Positions 33,801-41,237 of a stretch of DNA of 41,237 bases are shown here, piece by piece (positions within the stretch are counted from its first letter, which is position 1; every line of letters begins with the position of its first letter). This DNA comes from Dimorphilus gyrociliatus (lineage: Eukaryota > Animalia > Annelida): contig CAJFCJ010000103.1 of assembly GCA_904063045.1 (NCBI GenBank), forward strand, positions 29,957 through 71,193, given 5' to 3'. The notes beneath the pieces are model-generated. The model saw only the letters and a list, made by a program, of their open reading frames with translations. It did not search any database and had not been told where the DNA came from. The position numbers were made by a program, and so were the translations under genes.

Positions 33801-34529
33801 AACAATTTTAGCATCAATGAATGAAATATTTTTAAAGTTTTGTTCTACAATCTCCTCATAAATACTTTTTTCTTTTTGGACATTCTTCAGAATGAGAAAT
33901 ATAAACAGTTTGTCATTATCATCAATCTGGGACCACTTAAAGAGAACACTTTTCATGTGAACACTTTTTCCCACTCCAGGTATTCCTTCAATTAAGATTT
34001 TATTTTAAGATTTCTTGTAGAATATCTTAAAAAAATTGTCACAAGTCACTTCTGTGTCTACAAGTTTTCTTTCAATGATATTCTCAGATGTTGTCTTTAA
34101 CATTTTAATTGGAGTATTGATATCTTCAATTCTCACTTGTTTTGTCCCACCAAACGGAAGAAGTGAAATCATACAACAATCATTCATCCTCTGTTCCTTT
34201 GTGGCAGCTACTAATATATGCCAAACAGATGTCTGATCTTTTACTTTTTCTCTCAGTTGTCCAGCTTGTTCATTACCCTTATCACTAATTGTTTTTAATA
34301 TTTTAAGTGTTTTATCTATTGAAATTTCACTGAGATAATCCAGCAGCTTCTGGACTGCTTTTGTTTTTTTCTGTTGATCTGCTAATTCTATCTGGAGAGT
34401 TTCTTTTGATGCAAAACTACTCAATCCTTGTTGTTGTGCACACATTGGTAGCATTTCACTTTCTTTCATAAATAAGGTTTGGATATTTTCCCTGTGGTAA
34501 TTGAAACTCAGTCTTTCTTTTGAAAGCAT
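30891..34529 (-). pseudogene. Intronless CARD(putative)-NACHT-LRR NLR pseudogene
   Basis: Reads FYKKS*NKILIEGIPGVGKS (in-frame TAA at 34005..34007 before Walker A), Walker B-like VILLLAGADEF and winged-helix FYHLSFQEFFSA. Frameshifts near 33390, 33160 and 33020. In-frame TAA at 32430..32432 (IDL*HNKQIG), then LRRs to 30891. Confidence 0.85.
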
Positions 34530-35890
34530 TTTTTAACAGGTGCAGCAAAACTATTTGTAATAGGCATAAAAAATGGTTATAATGTTAAGAACTTGTACTT
34601 CTATATGGTTATAGTAAATTTATAACCAGAAGATATAACATCTACAAAAGATCATAAACATTTAAAGAGAAACAGAAAAGATTGATAAACACACCACAAA
34701 CAATTAATTTATAGATGCTTCATCATGATATTTGCAAAGACTTTTGCTCTTTGTTAAATCTTTAACAGTTTACAGTTCGATTTTTTGATATATTGTTTGG
34801 CTGCCAATTTGAAAGCACAGTTTCTATTTCGTTATACTTTGTTTTCTATTTTTAGAACAGTATTTCTATTGAAATGTCCAAATTTTTATCAAACACTGAA
34901 CAACTTTACGATGATAAGGCAAAAAAATTTTCTGTGTTTTTTAAATAAGGAAAAATTGTGAAAGAGTATCACTAAATTAAGGCTGGATTGATATATGTAA
35001 CGAACTTTGAATTGATATTCAAAACTGTGTTGTGTGATCATAGCACATCTCATGCATATATTAATTAATATATAAATCATTTTTAGGAATATTTTGAATC
35101 CATTGGTACATTATGCAAAACCTTTCAAAGATCTCTGTTGGATAGTATAACAATTAATATTATAGCAACTCATTCTTTTAAATTTGGCCTATGAAAATTT
35201 AGGGTGTACTAAATTTTATACGGATTGCTGTATATTTAAAAGTTAACCATAAGATTACCACAAGCATTTACAATCTAAAAGTTTTCTGTTGCTTAGTTTA
35301 TTCTATATAGTTCTTTTATTTTTTGCTGAAATAATGAGATATATCAAAAAACAGTATATTTTTCTATATCATTATTGTAAAAACCATGAAATTTTTTAAA
35401 TTTTTTTCAACTTTTTAGACAATATATTTTTGGGGATGTTTTCTGTTTGAACCGATAAGTATTATTGAACCAATGTGATAGGCCTGGCTTTGATGGGAAC
35501 TCAAGTAGCTGTTACATAGAGAAAATTCCAACTAAAGAGTCTTAATATATTTTTGAGTATTTTATATATGTATAGGCTATTTGCCTATTTAAATGTTTTA
35601 ATGCCACCTAGGTTTTCAATGGCAACAGTGACTAAACTTTGCAACATGCCCAAATCCGATTCTCACCATTTTATGTTTATTCAAAACCCAATATAGCTAA
35701 TTAAAATTATTAGAGACTATTGTCAAATATATAATCAGAAAACTTAGCTTAGTATTTGTCTAGGATGACAACAACAATTTTAAATTTGTAGTTTTTTAAG
35801 ATAAATTTGTATAATACTGAGAAATAAAATAAAATTCAATTGGAACTCTGACCTAAACCAAATGTAATTTAAGATTCCTAAAGGAAAAAG

Positions 35891-35947
35891 CTTAAGGTCT
35901 TGGAAGAATGGACAGATTAACATCCTGACTTCAATCCCATGGAATGA
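35891..35947 (+). mobile_element. Tc1-like transposase remnant
   Basis: LKVLEEWTD*HPDFNPME resembles the Tc1 VLEWPxQSPDLNPIE motif. Confidence 0.5.
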
Positions 35948-35956
35948 TTATCATTG

Positions 35957-36120
35957 GTCACTTCTTGCATATGATCTATTAGTTAAACAAAAAAGCAGTA
36001 GTTTGATTGGATGAAATGTAGGCTGTATGATAGATGTTGACATAATTATCATTCTTGATTTTTTTAAAGAATCCGTTTACAAACTGTGGTTGGTCTTGCA
36101 TTATCATGCTGCAAAAGTAT
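35957..36120 (-). mobile_element. Old mariner transposase remnant
   Basis: ILLQHDNARP followed in the same frame, through stops, by QHLSYSLHFIQSNYCFF (decayed PHPPYSPDLAPSDYHLF). Confidence 0.65.
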
Positions 36121-36144
36121 CTGGCTTACAAGCCTGATTCTATG

Positions 36145-36283
36145 TTTGTACTTTGTTGTATTGTAATTGTAGGAATACCTGGTTTGTCACAACTTTAATC
36201 ATTCTTTCCAATCATTTGCCAACTTGCCAAAATACTCACACAAATAGAACCTTTAAAGTGAGGCCACAAATAGTCTTAACAAA
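36145..36283 (+). repeat. Family R module A, immediately left of the mariner insertion
   Basis: Co-linear with 19621..19758. Confidence 0.85.
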
Positions 36284-36287
36284 TGTA

Positions 36288-37202
36288 TTAGGATTACCCT
36301 GAAAGTTTAACCATTTGTGTCTTACACCTAAAAAATATTATATGATATGTTTAGTCATACATATTAACTAATGTCTTAGGTATGTCTATATAGCTTCGAA
36401 TTGTCTATTATTGTCAATGCATGTTTGCCACCTGGCTGGAAGCATATCAATTCCTCTGGCAATGTATAAGGGCGGTTTAGACCTGAAAAATGCCCTTACT
36501 GCATTTTGCAATTCCTCATCATTCTCATATATATTACCCTGAAGATGGTCCTTTAATTTCCAGAACAGATAATAGTCTGATGGCGCCAGGTCTGCGCTGT
36601 AGGCTGGATGAGGCAAGACTACCTATCCAGTTGTTCAAAGATATTGAGTAGTTTGTAAGCTTTCTGATACCAATCAATTTGGTAGGGAATCCATCTTGAG
36701 ACAATCTTTCTCATCCCAAGACTGGAAATCAAATCTTCAACAGCAGCATGACCTATGTTCAATGTTTGAGATATCTCAGCCTGGCTTATTCTCCTATTAT
36801 CTCTGATTAGAGCAATTCTTTCCTTATTTTCATTGTTACTGGCTGTGCTTGGGCATCCCTGTCTATCATCATCAAGTATATTTGTTCTTCCTCCTTTAAA
36901 TTCTCTAACCCACCTTCTTACTGAACTTTCATGAAGTGTTGTTTTCAGTTGCCTGTAAATATTGATTGCAATAGCTTGCTGTGATTCAAGAAATTGAATA
37001 ATTACACTCTGATTTATACCGCCATCCATACCATGTCACCACTAAAGTCTCAATAACTTTTCATTCAGGGGTCGCAAATTCTGAAAGTTTTTTGGTAATA
37101 ATCAATTAATGAATTCACTTTCTATTGATAATGATAACATAGACCTACAATGTACTGTTTTAAAATTACAGGAAACGGGTAAAACTTTTAGGGTGACCCT
37201 AA
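36288..37202 (-). mobile_element. Internally deleted mariner element (915 bp) with 25-bp TIRs and TA target-site duplication
   Basis: TIRs at 36288..36312 and 37178..37202 (21/25 match), TA at 36286..36287 and 37203..37204. N-terminal HTH SVRRWVREFKGGRT, RWIP, and C-terminal PHPAYSADLAPSDYYLF. The central GDETW and HDNA motifs are absent. Confidence 0.9.
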
Positions 37203-37204
37203 TA

Positions 37205-37336
37205 ATTTAATCAACAAAACACCAGTATTTCGAACAAAGAGTATGCATTGAGTACTAGTTCTAAATGAGCTTCTAGTTCTAAACAAGCTAGCTGAAATAA
37301 CTAGCTGACAGTTAGAAAACTGAATTATCAACTCTT
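37205..37336 (+). repeat. Family R module C, immediately right of the mariner insertion
   Basis: Co-linear with about 19777..19897 (aacaaaacaccagtatttcg...aaatgagcttctagttctaaacaagctag). Confidence 0.85.
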
Positions 37337-38575
37337 ATATGTGAAGCTCTAAAATGTTTTTGTTTGTTTGATGCTTTCCTCATGGTTAAATGTATTTCAA
37401 GTTACCAAAAATTCTGAAATAGTGAAATTTCTTCAAAGTTGACATTTCCTAGTTTGATAAAAATATTTTGACAAATATCATTATATCAAAGTGCATACTT
37501 ACCTACAACCCCACAGCAAGAGAGTACATCCACAATAATAGATCAATATTTAGACTTTAGATATAAAGGAATTATAATGGTGGAACATTAAAAGTAAATA
37601 TTGCTTGTTACTTCTTTCCACTACAGGTCAGACACACCTTTACTTAATTCTTCAAGAATTGACTCTCCCATTCCCAAGGTGGTAGTACCCCTTTCAATGT
37701 CCCCTTGTAAGACAACATCCAAGGAATCCATTGGTCCACTATTGGAATGTTGAGTATAAAGTGGTTCCCTTGCTACTTGGGAGCTCTTACACCACGACCT
37801 TGTACTGTATTCTCCTCATTTTGCTATCCCCACTGTCTCATCTGAGTTGTTGGAAGGTATCTTGGTCACACAGGCTTTCCCTTTATTTTGTAGGGGTAAC
37901 AATTAACAATCTGGCTGTCCTTTGAAGGTCTAGGACCTTCTCTTGTACAGTGAAAACTCCTTTAGTTCTTGGAAATTCATCTGTTTTATCGAAGGCATTA
38001 TCAAGCTTTTTAAATATTTCTTGCATAACTCTTCCTCTCTCCAAACCATTCCCAATAGGTCCTAATGACATTCTAAGAGAGTGGAGAACTTCTTTTTCTA
38101 TCATTTCTCCACTCTTCCTTTTCATAGTTTCCCTTCTTTGAGGTTTCATCATGTTAGTTATCCAATTCATTTCAAGTTTAACAATATTCTTAAAAGATCA
38201 AGGAGAAACTTTAAGATTGTCTTATTGAAATGTTCAATTTTTGAATGTTCCAAAAGAGAAGAATAATTCTTTTGCTGAATTATTGAATTTTTCTTTGCAA
38301 TTCCTTTTGCTTCCATTTAATACTGTTGAAGATCAGTTCTTCTATATATGCTTAGCATATATAAAGTAAACGACATGTATATAGGCACACCTCGAATTCT
38401 GATACGCCAATTTGTAATTAACAGTTAAAAATGTTTGTTCGCTGAAAAGTATTTTTTTTGTCTAAATTTAAATCAAAAAAGAGTTACATTTACATAATAC
38501 TAAAGAAAATTTGACAAAAAATCATCATATTTTGTAAATATTATTAGCAAAATATTTTTAGTAATAATCATAAGT

Positions 38576-38702
38576 TTTGTACTTTGTTGTATTGTAATTG
38601 TAGGAATTTCTGCTTCTTCAGAACAGTATTCGTCCTTTCCAATCATTTATCATTTAAGTAAGTTTAAACAACCAGTTAACTGTTAAAGAACTGAACTGAC
38701 AA
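38576..38702 (+). repeat. Family R partial copy (module A start joined to module C end)
   Basis: tttgtactttgttgtattgtaattgtaggaatttctg..., then aagtttaaacaa...aactgaact. Confidence 0.75.
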
Positions 38703-39000
38703 GCTGGGGAAATGCATTTCCTTTTATACATTTCCAAAGCTTGGGTTCAAGTGGTCAAAGGATTACAAAGTTCAAATCTGACAGTATCATAATTCTCATG
38801 TAACAAAAATATGAAAGACTTGTTATATCAAACATATAAAATATAATCCTAAGATTAGGGCCACATGTCAAGCATGTGCCACAGCAAACAAGGCCTGCCT
38901 CATCAGCATCTGGTGTTTGACCTGCATCTTTTCCATGTTCTTTGTTCCTTTGTTAATTCCCAAGTAGTCACTATCTGTTACAGTCAAAGAGTCTATTTCT

Positions 39001-39109
39001 TACGAAATAGAGTTCTTTCTAATGTACTAAAAGCTAACACTACGAAATAAAAGTCTTTCTAAACTTCCACCACTATAATTCCTACGAAATAGAAGTCTTT
39101 CTAATGTAC
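39001..39109 (+). repeat. Three short direct repeats at 40-42 bp spacing
   Basis: tacgaaata(g/a)a..tctttctaa at 39001, 39041 and 39083. Confidence 0.7.
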
Positions 39110-39879
39110 CCTTATATCTAAAGTCTAAGTATTGATATATCACTACAGTATATCTAAGTGCACAAGTTTTTTCTTTATTTGGCCAAATGACACGATTTTT
39201 GACGCACTTACTTTACATCCGGTTTAGCATTCAAATAGACATCTCTCAAACAGCTTTTTTTTCAACTTATTTGCTTTTTTAAGTTAAGTTTCTTAGTTAT
39301 AGACTTTTTTAATTACAGTATATAATTTTTATTACTCTCCAACTCTCAAGGGTTGGCATTCCTCAATGGATTTGATATCATTTTTTTTTCTGAATTTGTT
39401 CAGTATTCTTTGTGTTATGTTTTTATGTATTTGTTTCATCTTTATCCAATACAATTGCACCAGTTGTTGTTGCAGGAATAAGGAAATTGATAATAGTTTG
39501 TAGTGGTTTCTTCGTCCAAGCCATAAAATATCTTCTAGAGTTAGTTAATGAAGGGTTAATGCCAATTTGTTTTGCATAATTTAGTTGTTTTGAATGTTGA
39601 TCAAGCTTATTTGTCATATAATCCATTACTTGCTGTAGCTGTACACCCTTTTTTCCAATGTCTTCTTTAATACCGTAATTCCAACAGTTCTGAGAGTCTT
39701 TCAATATCTAATTGGGGTTCTTCCAGGTTATCAGCATCTTTAATCTTATTGATTGAGCAGCAACTTTCCTGAAATTGCATCCATTTGTAAAATTATGAAT
39801 AAATATTTTCTGTTTGTTATTACTCTAAACAGATAAAAATATCTTATTTCATAATTAATTTGTTATTATCAGTCTTTAG

Positions 39880-40255
39880 GATATTCCAAACAATATATGG
39901 AGAAAGGAGAAGAATGGAGAGATCTAAAGAAAAATCATGGCATTACCATTTCTGCCATCTGATATCATCATTTCAAGATTTGGCAGACTCAAGTCTGAAC
40001 TTTTGGAACAACGGAAATTTTCTGACCTACTGTTGTATTTTGAAAATACATAGATATGTAATTCTATGTGAAAACCTGAAAATTGATCAGTGTTTGGTCT
40101 ATCAATTAGAACAAATAATAGTCTGGAGGGTTGGCACAACAGGATAAATAGTTGTAAAGTGCATTCAAAAGGCTCATTCTACATATTAGTGGATGAACTG
40201 AAAAAAGAGGGAGATTTGATCATTATGCATGAAAAGGTGATGTCTGATAAACAAA
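39880..40255 (+). mobile_element. MULE transposase C-terminal fragment, less decayed than the 12367 copy
   Basis: FGLSIRTNNSLEGWHNRIN motif; co-linear with 12367..12720. Confidence 0.75.
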
Positions 40256-40276
40256 TATATATATATATATATATAT
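40255..40276. repeat. (AT)11 microsatellite
   Basis: atatatatatatatatatatat. Confidence 0.9.
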
Positions 40277-40320
40277 TATAAATATATATAAAACATATAC
40301 AGAACATTAAATTACAAATG

Positions 40321-40390
40321 GGTACAGTTTAACCCAGGTATGGTTTATATGTGTATGGTTTAACCCTCTAGTGGGTACGGTTTCACCCCT
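40321..40390 (+). repeat. Four short degenerate direct repeats (g/ggtac/tgGTTTa/cacc), possibly subterminal repeats of an element
   Basis: gggtacagtttaacc, ggtatggtttata, gtgtatggtttaacc, gggtacggtttcacc. Confidence 0.55.
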
Positions 40391-40501
40391 ATTCTTTTTG
40401 AAATAAACATTAATTTTCTTCCTGACAATTTCCTGCAAAAATATGTTTCATTTGGAAATTGAATAATAATCATATTTGCTTCCTAGCAACAGTGTGACCT
40501 T

Positions 40502-40678
40502 TTATCTAAAATCAAAGTTTGGTATCTGGATGGTACATTTAAGGTTGTCAAAGAACCATCAGTTCAACTTCTTTCCATCCATGCCTTTACAAAAAAAGAT
40601 GAAGAAACAAAGCAGATTCCTTTGGCATTTATTTTCATGACATCAAAGAAGAAGAAAGCATATAGAGAAGTATTAAGG
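40502..40678 (+). mobile_element. MULE transposase catalytic-core exon (first D of DDE), not called in the ORF track
   Basis: Open frame LSKIKVWYLDGTFKVVKEPSVQLLSIHAFTKKDEETKQIPLAFIFMTSKKKKAYREVLR ending at a GTAAGT donor (40679). Confidence 0.8.
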
Positions 40679-41237
40679 GTAAGTTAAAAAATAACTGCAT
40701 TTGATCTACTGGAAAAAACAGCAAATAGTTATTCTAATTGACATTAGGTTAAAATTTCTTTGTGCATTTTCAGAAGTTTAGCATTTTTATTTTGCGTTTA
40801 GTCTGTCACCTTGTATAACAAAAAAAAATTAAGATTCTCATTTTACATCAGCAACATTGGATATCTATTTATCTATTTCTTTTAACATTAAAATGGTTGC
40901 TTTTGCAAAAAAGGGAGTGCTTCCATGGAGGGGACGAGTTTTCCCAGGAACAGGTTTACCCTGACCCTCCGAAATATTATGTAATATTTTCAAAAATGGT
41001 CTAAATCAATGATCCATTGTTTAAATTAATCCATACAACGTTATGGAGAAAAAACCAAGTAAAAAGTCAATTAACATATGGTGCCACTATGGAATTAACA
41101 AAGGAACAAACAATATAGAAATAATGCATGTCCAATTTGTAACATCTTTTTCAAAAACAGATGCGGAAGAGGCAGGCTTGTTTTTGCAGTGCCACAGGTT
41201 AGCAATAAGTGATGTAATAGTTTTTCATGTTTTTGTT

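Noticed and set aside
37883-38170. Possible LINE reverse-transcriptase relic (SLGPIG, KKLDNAFDK)
   Set aside because: The resemblance to SPGPDG and DxxKAFD is weak and the spacing is far too short. It cannot be supported without a translated search.
39001-39109. CRISPR-like look of three spaced direct repeats
   Set aside because: Only three degenerate copies, spacers under 20 nt, no cas genes, and a eukaryotic context.
39423-39704. Possible hAT dimerisation relic (INFLIPATTTG)
   Set aside because: The diagnostic SERxFS motif is missing, so the evidence is insufficient.
41043-41237. Open frame running off the window end (MEKKPSKKSINIWCHYG...)
   Set aside because: Only 65 codons with no recognisable domain; downstream sequence is needed.

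Overview
Strongly AT-rich eukaryotic DNA, most likely from an invertebrate animal with a compact genome. This is inferred from roughly 50-100 bp GT-AG introns, NLR genes and a GRL101-type receptor; no species is claimed. The window is a cluster of putative immune receptors embedded in transposon debris. It holds: (1) an intronless 2441-aa NLR-like gene with two NACHT modules (putative CARD-NACHT-LRR-NACHT-LRR); (2) an apparently perfect inverted duplication of at least 1874 bp (1..1874 vs 10843..12716) that copies the 3' end of that gene and brackets a ~9 kb segment; (3) an MGCGAS-half-RING-LRR gene; (4) a multi-exon LDLa-LRR-7TM (GRL101-like) GPCR; (5) an LRR-only ORF of eleven 57-aa units; (6) a CARD-NACHT-LRR pseudogene with five readable lesions. 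Mobile DNA includes an internally deleted mariner with TIRs and TA duplication nested in an older repeat, Tc1/mariner/MULE remnants and a MITE with telomere-like repeats. No rRNA, tRNA or CRISPR array was recognised. All domain calls come from motifs read by eye, not from database searches.
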